Positions 36,948-49,100 of a DNA stretch of 64,000 bases are shown here, piece after piece. Below the pieces are notes generated by a model, which saw only the letters and a program-made list of their open reading frames with translations, did not search any database and had not been told where the DNA came from. The translations under genes and the position numbers were made by a program. Where the stretch lies: the NCBI GenBank assembly GCA_010909165.1, contig MU008196.1, positions 62,001-126,000 of the forward strand, in the 5' to 3' direction. Origin of the DNA: Anthoceros angustus. Lineage: Eukaryota > Plantae > Anthocerotophyta. Position 1 is the first letter of the stretch, and every line of letters starts with the position of its first letter.

Positions 36948-39142
36948 GTGTGAACTAGCAAAACTATGGTTTGAGAAGAAAAAATAACTAGGTCAGTTAC
37001 GCTCCGATTCTGCTGTTCCTAACAAATGCTCATTAGAGGTACTAACGATGCGTGTCCAGGGGGCTAGTTGTGGGTGACAGCCTGGGAGGGGGTTGATACA
37101 GATGTATCTAAACCTTAACAGGCTAGCTCCCTCATCTACCTTCCTGGATGCGTAGGGGTGCAAATGTGAACAGACACCAACTTTCAAAAAACAACGTTTC
37201 ATTTCTTTAGTTAGGGTTTCTAACCGACATTTGTTTGTCTGCTGAAACGGCAGGTCAGTTGACAAACCTATCAAAAATCAGGAGACACAAGCAATTCAAG
37301 AGTTAGCCATGAAGATGTGGCGCTTCAGATCAGCGCCAAAGATCACGACTCTTGACAGATGCCCTTTCGCGTCTCCTGCGCTCCCCGCCAGCGGAAGCAG
37401 GGTCACAGGATGGCGTCTCTGCTCGCAGGTAGGAATTCGATGGAAAATCCCTGACCAAGGTCCATCTGTTTCAAAATTCACCGCTGCATCGCGTCGATTG
37501 ATCCTGGAAAATTTTGCGTCGATGCGGATCTGGACACGAGCAAGATCCTCTCTCAAGAGATGTTGATTCGATTCCAACTTCCCCAAGGCTGATTCAGTTT
37601 ATGTCCATAAATTTCTTGCTTTGAGGCCACTTGTGTGTGATGCAAATTGACTGCAATTTGCATACGTCTGATACAGGGGCAAACACAGGTGGTCTCGAAC
37701 AGGAAGGTAGAATCGACTCCAAAGGAATATCTCTTGGGGCGGTTGATATCAAAGATTAGATTCCTCATGACACCTTGCTCGGAAAAGAGAATCCGTGTAG
37801 GAGTTCCTTTGATGTAGCGCGTGCGGTGAGCAACAATACCGAATTCCTAACAACAAATTGTCTCACCATGTATCGGATAATTAGCCTCGTATAGGTCCGT
37901 GGATTTACGTCGATGCAGGCGTGGTACTTTGTGGTTTTGATGGAAAACCACGGCCTTTTCTTTCGGCGATGACACCTGCGAAGGGCTACCCCTGCATTAT
38001 GTCTTGAGATCGGTAGAGAGCATCTGGTGCTCTGATACCATGTAAAAGTGCAGGGAGCAATTTTGTAATTGAGAAGAAAAATAACTAGGTCGATTCGCTC
38101 CGATTAACATTCTGCCTAACAAATGCTCATTAGAGGTACTAACGATGCGTGTCCAGGGGGCTAGTTGTGGGTGACAGCCTGGGAGGGGGTTGATTCAGAT
38201 GTATCTAAACCTTAACAGGCTAGCTCCCTCATCTACCTTCCTGGATGCGTAGGGGTGCAAATGTGAACAGACACCAACTTTCAAAAAACAACGTTTCATT
38301 TCTTTAGTTAGGGTTTCTAACCGACATTTGTTTGTCCTTGAAGCGGTGTTGACAAACCTATCAAAATCGAGAGACACAAGCAATTCAAGAGTTAGCCATG
38401 AAGATGTGGCGCTTCGGATCGGCCAAAGATCACGACTCTTGACAGATGCCCTTTCGCGTCTCCTGCGCTCCGCCAGGTGAGTCACCGATGGCGTCTACGC
38501 TGTAGTAGGTCGATGGAAAATCCCTGACCAAGGTCCATCTGTTTCAAAATTCCTGTGATCTGCGCCACGTCGCGATTGATCCTGGAAAATTTTGCGTCGA
38601 TGCGGATCTGGACACGAGCAAGATCCTCTCTCAAGAGATGTTGATTCGATTCCAACTTCCCCAAGGCTGATTCCAGTTTATGTCCATAAATTTCCTTGCT
38701 TTGAGGCCACTTGTGTGTGATGCAAATTGACTGCAAATTTCTGTCTGATACAGGGGCAAACACAGGTGGTCTCGAACAGGAAGGTAGAATCGACTCCAAA
38801 GGAATATCTCTTGGGGGCGGTTGATATCAAAGATTAGGATTCTGGTTCCTCGCGCGACACCTTGCTCGGAAAAGAGAATCCGTGTAGGAGTTCCTTTGAT
38901 GTAGCACAGCGGCGCGTGCCCGGTGAACAGCAATACCAGAATTCCTAACAACAAATTGTCTCAGCCACAGATCAGGATAATTAGCCTCGTATAGGTCCAG
39001 GATTTCGTCAGTACGGGCAGGTCTGTTGGTACTTTGTGGTTTTGATGGAAAACCACGGCCACCTGTCCTTTGCTGGCGATGACCTGCACGAGGGCTACCC
39101 CGTCCAGGCATTATGTCTTGAGATCGGTAGAGAGCATCTGGT

Positions 39143-39154
39143 GCTCTGATACCA
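39143..39154 (-). promoter_or_regulatory. tRNA-iMet PBS of Copia 2
   Basis: TGGTATCAGAGC adjacent to the 5' LTR; duplicated at 38029-38040. Confidence 0.93.
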
Positions 39155-40199
39155 TGTAAAAGTGCAGGGAGCAATTTTGTAATTCAGAAAAGAACTCAAA
39201 TTAAAATTGTGTACAAAATTGTGAATGTGTTTAACTTATATATTGAACCTTAATGACGTTTCATTTGGGCATTTAACCTAACCCTAATATTGCTTAGACT
39301 AGCTGCTGGCTTTACTCCCAACATCTAGTCACATTGTGTTCCTCCCAATATGCATTAGTAATGGCATCGCCTTTCATGACCCGCTCAGCCATCTCATAAG
39401 CTTGCTCTAGCTCATGATCATAATATGCCCCATGGAGCATGTGCAAGAAGTTGGCAACCACTCTCCTTTGCCTACCTGGCAGAGTTGTGATGTAGTAGAT
39501 CTGGTCTGCTTCTCTCATCGTCTTCACCTTGGTGTCCTTCACCAGCTGTCTGAATCTCAAGTATGCAGACCTCAAAGGCTCGTTGGGCTTGATCATGAAT
39601 TTTGACAGCTCTTGAATCTTTTCTGTCGACGCCACAGGAAACATCTCACCAAACTTAATGAACATCTCGTCTACCAGGTATGCAATGGCTTCAAATTGCG
39701 CTGAATCCGACGAACCAGCTTCTTCTTCAAACACCATAAACCTTCAAGGGGGGGAATTTACATGATGAAGGTTTTCTCGGAAATATACGCCAAAGGGGGT
39801 TACACATGGGTCTCAAAACGACGGATAGCATGTTTTCCTGAAAGTACCACAGAAAAACAGGGTGTCTCATCCACGTGGCCCCACTTTCACAATATGGGTA
39901 CACACCATGGAAGGGTGCTCGCAATCCTTTACCCGTATGATTTAGGCAAAGTTAGACCCACCGTGATGACCATTAATGCCGGGGAAAGCATGCCAGTTAA
40001 CTAGGATTTGCGTCCGTCACGCAGGAAAGTATGGTTGGCATGCAAAAACCATAGTATTCTGCAAATTCGTTTTGATCTCAAGGGTTTGGCAAAGGGTTGA
40101 GGTCATGACATAATGGGTCTCAACGGACCGTATGCTTGGCATCCTTGCCAGTGGAAGTAGGGGCGCCGGTCGGCCGGCAGCCCTCTCTTGTCTATGGAG

Positions 40200-43100
40200 G
40201 TGTGGCGTGACTTTCGTTGACGGTCAGCCGGGCGCGCACAATCCCGTGTCGTTGTAGTAAGGAGGTCCGTTCCCAAGAGAATGATAGGCTCCGTTGGCCA
40301 CGTTTCAATCGTTTCTCACCTCACGTAGTACCCGTTTCAGACTCAACACACACATTCATCGTTTTACGACTAACTACCCGTAACGTTCACCGGACAGGCC
40401 CGGCGTGGCCAAACGTTTAAGGACCCGTTCGCGTCCGTATCATTCAAGTTTGTCACTCGTCCCTCTGGTCCGTTCCTCTCACCATTCACACTTCACTCAT
40501 TATCCTTGGAGAAAATCGCGGGTGGCTGCGCGGTCCGGACCTCCTCCGTCGCTCTGCCAGGCCTCTCGTCCGCTCTACACCTCAAGTTCCTCGCTCACGC
40601 ATTCGGTCCGTCCAAGCCGGGTGCTCGTGATGAGCAAGGGTTCCGGGTCGCCCTTCCCTGCATACACCGCCACACGTTAGGGTCCATCACCAGGACCTTG
40701 ATCAGTCTCTCCGGGCTCGTGCCACCGATGACTCGGGACTCACATCGACAAGAAGGCACACAAGGGCCTGCAAGAAGACGCGGCATCAACACCAAGAGAA
40801 AGATACTTTACTAGAGCAGCCTCAGCCCTCTTATACTATGCCCAAGGTCGGCGTCTTTATTACACCCCTATTCTGAGCTTATGGCCAGCTCAGTGCGCCC
40901 TAATCGGCCGCCTACTATTCCCCTTATTCTACCTATCTACGCCGTCGGTGGTGGGGCCGGGGTTGCCCCTCGCCTTGGCGGCGTGAGCCCAAGGCCAGCA
41001 AGCTGCAGGCGCACCCAATCGGATGATCCGAGGCGGGCCCTACCTCTCCCAGGGCTCTGTCAGTGCACTTCGCGGCGGCGACAACAGCACCACTAAATCC
41101 TCCTCCCCTCCTCTCTTATCTCGCAAGGGCCCCGGGTTCAGGCCTCCAAGAGATGGTTCTCGCCAGTATTGGTGATTGGTGGCTCCCTCCGCTCCACAGG
41201 TGACTTGAGGGGTCCATTCTCGACTCCGGAGTTCGGACCCCTAGGTCCAGTCTTCTCTCCGGGGTCCGGACCTCAGGGTCCAGTCTTCTTTCTGGAGTCC
41301 AGACCTCAGGGTCCGGACTCGCCTCTGGGTCCGGTCTTCGAGGCCCGGCCCTTCCTCGGCGCCCGGACAGGGGTCCTTAAACGTTTGGCCACGCAAGTCC
41401 GTGAGCGTTCTGGAGTAGTTGGCCGAAAGCGATGAATGTGTGTTGAGTGCGGCGGTACTACATGAGGTGAGAAACGATTGAAACGTGGCGGAGCTATCAT
41501 TCTCTTGGGAGCGGACCTCCTTACTACAACGACACGGATTGTGTATGCCCGGTGGCTCGTGAGCCACGGACCTTAGGGTCGAGACTGCCTCACAGGGGTC
41601 CGGTCTTGGGCCCGGCCCTTCCTCGCGCCCGGACACGAGGTCCGTCGTCACTGAGTCTGGACCTCGAGTCGGACTTTCTTCCGGGTCGGACCCAAGGTCC
41701 GACAAAATCGGACTCGCGAACACTGGGTTCGCCCCTCATTGGCTTATCACGGCTCACCCACCGAGCCCTCCGTGGTTCGGTCTCTGGATGTGCCCTTCTC
41801 GGCCTCCCAGGGGCCCTCCTCCCTTCCTTCCGTGCGAAGGTGCAGTGCTTACCTCGGTGGTGACCTTCCTGCCCCTGCTCCTCCTGCTCCCTGCCCTGCC
41901 GTCGTCAAGCAGTAGCTCCTAAGGTCCCGTGGGCTGTCATCCCGACCTTCCTCCTCCTCCTCCGACCCATCTGAAGTCCGCCCCGCCTGGGTGGCGCAAG
42001 ACCTCTAGAGTCTTGAGGAGCTCTGCGTGGTAGTAGGAAAAGTCGAATCGACTTAATTGCCTCCTCACATGGGCCGGAGCACCGGTACTCCTCCTCCATA
42101 GGTGCTCCGGCTGGGCGTGTTGTCCCGCCTCTTGGCCGTCTCGTCGCCGCTTGCCAAGCTGGCAGGCGGACTCCCTTGATGCCGCCAAGGCCTCCGACAC
42201 CTCCTGCGGCCTTTCGCTGACGTCTCCTCCTCCCGTCGTTTGCAGCTCCACCGATTTCTTGGCCATAGAGCTCCCTCGCCTCCATAATCGGACAAGCGGC
42301 CTCTGCTCCTCCTCTAGCGCCTCATCCCTCCGTTCATCCTTACAGGAGGTCGCCACTTCCTTCTCTGGGCGGGCGGTATCTCACTTGACTCGGCTTCCTC
42401 CTCCTTCTTGACTGGCGGCGTCAACTCCTTGGACGCCGCCTATTCTCCTCCGTCTTCAAGCGAAGCAGGCACTCTATCTCATGCCAAGTCTTGGATTCTC
42501 CCGTTGAGAATCCGTGTTGCTCGTCTTGGAGTTCGACTCGAGTGTCCTTCTTGCCTTCCGACTCTGCCTCCTCACTTCCTGCAGTGCACCACAGGGTCCC
42601 TATTTCCCGGGCTGGCCTCCATTTCTTCTTCACGGCTTGCGTGCCACTCCATTGCCACTGTTCGGCCTTGAGTTGGCAGCTGCCGTCTCCCTCCACGGTT
42701 CGATCACGTCGGTAGTGATCCGGTCGACCTTGCCCCGCCTCCGCGCTGCCTTCACGGCGGCTTGGTGTTGGTCTAGCCGTGCTCGGCGGTCGCGGGCGTT
42801 CTCGCACCGCCTACGACCCTCCTCCGCCTCTTCTGCTCCTCCTCCGTTTGTGAGAGGTCTTCAGCCGTGCTTGGGCCTCTGCAGCGCTTCACCGCCTGGT
42901 GAAGGTCTTGTCAGTCTCTTAAACCGTCCCGGGACCTCCGCTCCACCTCCGGCGTTTTCCCTCCTCGATTGGGCGAGGACTCCGCCTTCTTCTTCGCCTC
43001 TGGGCGCCTCTACACGCCCTTGAGCTCCACCATCCTCCGGGTGGCCTCCACTTCTTGGGTCTTCTCCATTGTTCATGAGACCCCAAAGCATACCTCCATT

Positions 43101-46100
43101 ACGGTAGCTAGAACTACGCGTTTCTTCCACGGCCGTTGAGATGCCAGAAGTCCGGCTGTGGGCGGGCATCTCTGTCCGTCAGGACCGCCATACTGCGATC
43201 CGCGAGTCGGGCTGGCTCTGACCCTAATCGGGACCCTTAGGTCACAGTGAGGTCAGGGCCTCACCTTCCTTGGCCCTCTTGGCCGTCTCGTCGAGCTTGC
43301 CAACTATGGCAGGCGGACTCCCTTGATGCCGCCAAGGCGGCCTCAGGCACCTCCTGCGACCTTTCTGCTTTTCGCGTCTCCTCCTCCCTTCCTTGTGCGA
43401 AGGTGCAGTGCTTACCTCACGGCGGTGACCTTCCACTCCTCCTCCAGCCTCCCCTGCTTCTTTGCATCGTCGTCAACAGCTCCCTAAGGTCCCGTGGGCA
43501 TCTTGTCCCGGGACCTTCCTCCTCGCTCCTCCTTGAGCCCATCTGGAGTCCGCCACTGCCTGGGTGGCGCAAGACCTCTAGAGTCTTGAGGAGCTCTGCG
43601 TGGTAGTAGGAAAAGTCGAATCGACTTAATTGCCTCCTCCACATGGGCCGGAGCACCGTACTCCTCCTCCATAGGTGCTCGGCGTGTTGTCCGCCTCTTG
43701 GCGTCTCAGGTCGCCGAGCTTGCCAAGGCCGGAGACTCCCTTGATGCCGCCAAGGCGGCCTCACACCTCCTGCGGCTGCTTTGCTCGGCTCCTCCTCCCC
43801 GTCGTTGCAGCTCCACGATTCTTGGCCATGGGTGAGCTCCCCTCGCCTCCCACAATCGGACAAGCGGCCTCTGCTCCTCCTCCTAGCGCCTCATCCCTCC
43901 GTTCATCCTTGCAGGTCACCGCCTTCTAGGCGGGCGGTATCTCCGACTCGGCTTCCTCCTCCTTCTTGACTGGCGGCGTCCAACTCCTTGGACCGCCGCC
44001 TATTCTCCTCCGTCTTCAAGCAATTTGGGCACTCTATCTCATGCCAGAAGTCTTGGATTCTCCCGTTGAGAATCCGTGTTGCTTTCCCCAGCGTCTTGGA
44101 GTTGCGGCTCGGTGTCCTTCGCTTCCACTGCCTTCTCCTCACTTCCTGCGGTGCACCAGGTCCCTATTTCTCGGTCTTGGCCTCCATTTCTTCTTCACGG
44201 CTTGCCCGTGCACTCACCACTGCCTTGGGTTAGCTAGCGTCTCCCTCCACGGTTCGATCACGTCGGTGGTGATCCGATCGACCGCATGACTTCCGCCTCC
44301 GCGCCTTCACGAGCCTCGGCTTGGTGTTGGTCTGGCTGCCGCCTCGGCGGTCGCGGGCGTTCTCCGCCCTCGACCCTCCTCCGCCTCCTTGCGCCTCGCT
44401 CCGTTTCTGAGGTCTTCAGCCGTGCTTGGGCCTCCTGCATGCCCAGCTTGTGACACGGTGAAAGGGTCTTGGTCTCTTGCTAAACCGTCCGGACCTCCGC
44501 TCCACCTCACGTTTTCCCTCCTCGGTTGGCGAGGACTCCGCCTTCTTCGCCTCTGGGCCGCCTCTACGCCCTTGAGCTCCACCATCCTCCATGGGTGGCC
44601 TCCACTTCTTGGGTCTTCTCCATTGTTCGCGAGACTCAAAGCATACCGTCCATTCAGTAGCTAGAACTCACGCATTTCTTCCACGGCCGGAGAGATGCCG
44701 GGAAGTCGTAGGCGCGGGCATCTCTGGTCCGTCAAGGACGCCATGCCCGTGATCGGCGAGTCGGTGGCTCTCGGACCTAATCGGACCCTTAGGTCCGGAG
44801 TGGTCCGGAGCCTCACCTTCCTTAGCCCTCTTGGCGCTAACTCCTTCTCCGCCCTTTTCTCACAGGGCTCGGAGGTGGTGAAGGGGTCGGTGGCCCTTTG
44901 CCTCTCCCGGTTGAGGCAGGGGCGAGCTCGGTGTGCTGCCGGTGGCCTCCACTTGGGTCTTCTCCGTTCAAGAGGCTAAAGCACCGTCCATGACGGTAGC
45001 TAGAACTCGCTGCTTTTCCACGGCCTACCGGGAGATGCCTGAAGTCCGCTGTGGGCATCTCCCGGTCCGCTAAGGACCGCCATATCGCATCCGAGTAGTC
45101 CGACTGGGCTGACTAATCAGACCTTAGGTCCCGAGTGATGAGGTCCCGAGCTCACCTGGCCCTCTTGGCCGCTTAACTCCTTCTCCGCCTCTTTTCTCTC
45201 CCGGGGCTTGAGGTGGTGAAGGGGTCCGGAGCCGCCCTTTGCCTCCCTTGGGGGATGCGAGTTCCGTGGCCGCCGCTGGCCTCCGCCTCCTGGGCGCCTC
45301 CTTCCGCCTTCAGATCGCCTCCTCCGCTTGCCACCCGGCGAGGCAAGGGCACGGCGCCCCTGGTGCGCGGCTGACAGCGGCGCTGCTTCCGCCTTCGGTT
45401 CCCCGACGAGTCCGTCTCAGCCGCCGCTTGTCTGCCGCCGAGCCGGAGCCGCCAACTCATCCTGTGGCCGCCTCTTCTGCTTGGTTGCTCCGGTGGGGGC
45501 AGGAGGAAGCGGGATGTCCTCCCACACTTCCCTAGGTGGCGAGGGGTCCTCGACGGTATGGAGTCAGGAATTCCCTCCCGGTCGTCCTCCTCCGGACCCT
45601 CTTACTCGGGCTGGCCGGACCTCCGCTTCTGCACTCTTCCTTACGCCTCCGGTGGGCGGCCCGTGCTCGTTCCTCCTCACCCTCCTTGAGGAGGTTCGCG
45701 TGCCCCACATGGATCAAAAGCGGCGATAGGCAAGCGGAGGTGGCTTCTACCTCGGCTTGCGACTTCACGATTGACCAGGCGGGATTATCACCGCCCGGCG
45801 TTTCCCCTTGCACATGGAGTGGAGGAACACCGGTGTCTCCAAGGTGGTCCACCTTGGTCAACATGTTCGATGGACGATAATCTTCGCCAGCGATCATTCC
45901 TCCGGTCCAGGAGGCATCACCACCCGTTGGAGGATCGCTGCGTCCACAGCCGCAAAAGGCGCCTCGCCACTTCCACCTTCCTTCACCTTGAGGGGTTCGG
46001 TAACTACTCCTACTTCCATTTGGGCGGTTGTACATGCCTCGGGACCTCCACGGTCCACCTCCTAGTCCTCCAGGTTCTTGATCGGACCTCCTTTTGGCTG

Positions 46101-49100
46101 CCAACATCTTCGGCGTACTCCGGACTAGGGTGTGTTGTCAGTCGAGGCACTGGAAAATGTCAGTGCCATTCCTCCACCGGCTCCTCGCCTCCTCCGGCCG
46201 GTCCGGGTAGCGCTTGGAAGATGTTGCGCTCCACCGCGCCATAACCACCTGCGCTTTCTTGGGTCCCATCCTTCACACTCCTTACATTGCTGCGGGCGTG
46301 AGGCTCCACAATCTTCGCTCCTCGGCCCGTCGGTTGCTTCCTCGCCAAGTCGAACCCGCGGAAGGGGCGCGATCAAAAGAGACGCCCGAGGCGGGTGTCG
46401 GCGAGAGAATGCGAAAAATCGCAAGTTGTTTGGAAGAATGACCTCCGCCCCTCGTCGAGTAAGCGGAAGAGGCGGCTCTTACTGTCCGTGGCTATCGAGT
46501 CTGCATGGCTTACTCTCGCCTTGCCCTGCGCCTTACTGGCGCAGCGGTGCCGGGCGTGAATACCACCTATAACGGCTGGCAACCCGTCTATGCTGCATGC
46601 CCGTCTGCCACTCGATCGTCCACGTGGCGCCGCCATCTAAATCACGCTCCAACTTCTAAGTTACTTTACTTGGTATATCCCGTTTGACCGGTGGGGTGGG
46701 ACTTATCTCGATACTTGCATTGTGGTGGGAGGTCCTCAGTGAGGCTCGAGGTCAGATTACCTACCGAGTCGGGATGCGGTCAGGAGATCTGAGTCATGCT
46801 TATTCCTCCTTTCGCCTTATTTTACACTCCATACCTCGAAAAAAACAAAAGCTCATTTCCTACCTTGAGTCCATGTCCACATACTCCCTTCTCTCATCTG
46901 TTGGCGTCTCGCCAACACTGGGCATACTTCTTCACCCGCCACATTTGGGTGGGCACAGTTCACCATCTTAGGCTGAGCGGACCCATTCGCGTATACACTT
47001 TGGTAGGTCCCATCCGCCAAGTGAAGCTTGCCGGAAGTGCATATGGCGGTATCGTGAAGGGCGGATCTCCTCCTTCACATACTCTTGCTTGCGTCGCCGG
47101 TCGTGCCATAGCTTCCGCTGATTTTGTACCGCCTGTATTCTGGTCGCGCTCTTCTCGCCTCCGTATGCTGGACAAACCTTACCGCCCAGCTTGGCTTTCA
47201 TCCTAAACGCCCCTCCATCATGACTCCTGAGTGGTACCTCAAACTCATGTGCATAACCGGCGAATGCCCATAGGTTAAGTAACACGGAGTTGTAGTTACC
47301 TTCTCCGCCCGAAGCCCATAGCGCGATGGTAGCTGGTATCCCTATGCGCATAGTTAACCGTAAGCTTATTCAGATGCGCGATAAGTCCGCTGGTCTTCTC
47401 CAACCCATTTCGTTGTGGGGGGCCGCCTTTGATGAGTTATAAATAGTCCGTCATTGCGCTTATCACATCATTGAGGAAATGAGTTCCCCTATCACTTACC
47501 AACTGCAACGGGCACCCGTACCGCGTGATGATGTTCTCATAGAGGAACTTTGCCACCGTGCTTGCAGAGTCCGTCCTTGTTGCCGCCTCCACCCACGCAT
47601 GAGTCCGCCACCGATGTACCTCTTCTATGTGTGCTCGTCAGGGTCGATAGGTCCAACGTCGATACCCCATTTCTCAAAGCGGTGCTAGCGATTGGGCACC
47701 CGCCATTGCGCGTGGGGGTCGGCTTCCGATCCGACAAGCATCACATCTCTTCACAACCGGTGCGTTTCCCATACATGGTGGGCCACCGATCCGCCTCCAA
47801 GATTTTCTTGGTGGTGACTGCCGCATAATGTCCACCACCCAGCCTTCATGCATCCCTTTATGACTACCTCCGCTCACTGCTGAAGGTACCTCTACGCCCA
47901 CGCCGTCCGTCCCACCTTAAAGATACATCTTGTACATCCAAGGGCCGAGCGAGTGTACAAAGGCTCGGCTGGGCACGGCCATTGCCGTAGGCCCGATCCA
48001 CCGACAAGCATCACATCTCTTCACAACCGGTGTGTTTCCCATACATGGTGGGCCACCAAGATCCGCCTCCAAGATTTTCTTGGTGGTGACTCAGCCGCAT
48101 AATGTCCACCACCCAGCCTTCATGCATCCCTTTATGACTACCTCCGCTCCGCTGAGGTACCTACGCTCCACGCCGTCCGTCCCACCTTAAAGATACATCC
48201 TTGTACATCCTAAGGGCCGAGCGAGTGTACAAAGGCGTTGGGCACGCAAACCCGCTTGAATCTCCATCTCCATGTACTGCCCAGCATAGGTGGGCTGCCC
48301 TCACGCCTCCTTCTCCGCTTCGCTATGGTTACGCCCACAAGTTTGGGGTTCCTATCGCGCCTCCTCCTGTCTCCACCGCGCCACCACCTCGTCCGGAAAG
48401 TCATCCTCCGATCCGCAGGTCGGCCCATCTTCAACTCGGACAAGAAGTCGATTTTGGTGTTGCCTCCTTGCCTCGGTCTCCACCTCAAGGTGAACTCGAG
48501 CAGTAATCCACCTCGCACCGCCTTGACAGTCCGCTTTATTCACCGATGCTTGAGCGGCGATCGACATAGAACACAAACTCGTATGTAGGTGCTCAATTTC
48601 TTGATCAGATACCATTCCCAACGCCCGCCCGTAGTAGTGTACTGCTCCGCATGCGTGAGCCGCCTTCCCAATAGTAGATTGATGATCCCTCCGGCCCCTC
48701 TGGCCGAGCACTACTCCGATGGAAGGTACACATCTACATACATGGAACCGCTTACTCCACCCGACCTTTAACACCGGAGCTTATCGTGGTGGTAGATCAA
48801 TGCCGCCTCCTTCTCGTGTCCAGTCCACTCCTCCTCCTTCTGAGTAACTCAGTTAGCTTGGCGGCCCGCTTATAAGTCCGATGAACCGTAATAACCCACC
48901 ATGCCTGTGAATCCTCAGCTTCCTTCAGATTCGGGCGCAGGACCGAATGACCGACCTTGTCTTGGTCCACCTCTATCCTCACGACACACGGTCCCAAAGA
49001 GATTCCTCCGCATTCCAAAGTAGCATTTCTCAAACGGTGCTAGTGTATGGGCACCGCCATTGCGCGTGTCGGCTTCCGATCCACCGACAAGCATCACATC

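Larger units (their letters stand above)
29044..39323 (-). mobile_element. Ty1/Copia LTR retrotransposon 2 (related to Copia 1), with several duplicated segments
   Basis: 169-bp LTRs 29044-29212 and 39155-39323 (4 differences seen; extra copy at 30352-30519, stub at 38041), TSD TCTAG, PBS TGGTATCAGAGC at 39143-39154, PPT at 29213. Confidence 0.95.
28060..39740 (-). mobile_element. Internally deleted relative (C) of the DNMT/PHD Gypsy lineage, interrupted by Copia 2
   Basis: gag at 39324-39737 and 28790-29043 closely resembles element A gag; joined at ~28780 to the integrase C-terminus (MPMAMENLAIAQ, KVGDYVYL) and a decayed PHD (~28260-28400). No LTRs recognised; ends approximate. Confidence 0.85.

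Noticed and set aside
39745-40200. Possible PPT (G-run) plus the start of another LTR
   Set aside because: No partner repeat, TSD or coding support in the window.
41371-41552. Hammerhead ribozyme or retrozyme in the inverted repeat
   Set aside because: GATGA and GAAA words occur, but I found no CUGANGA core with properly paired stems.
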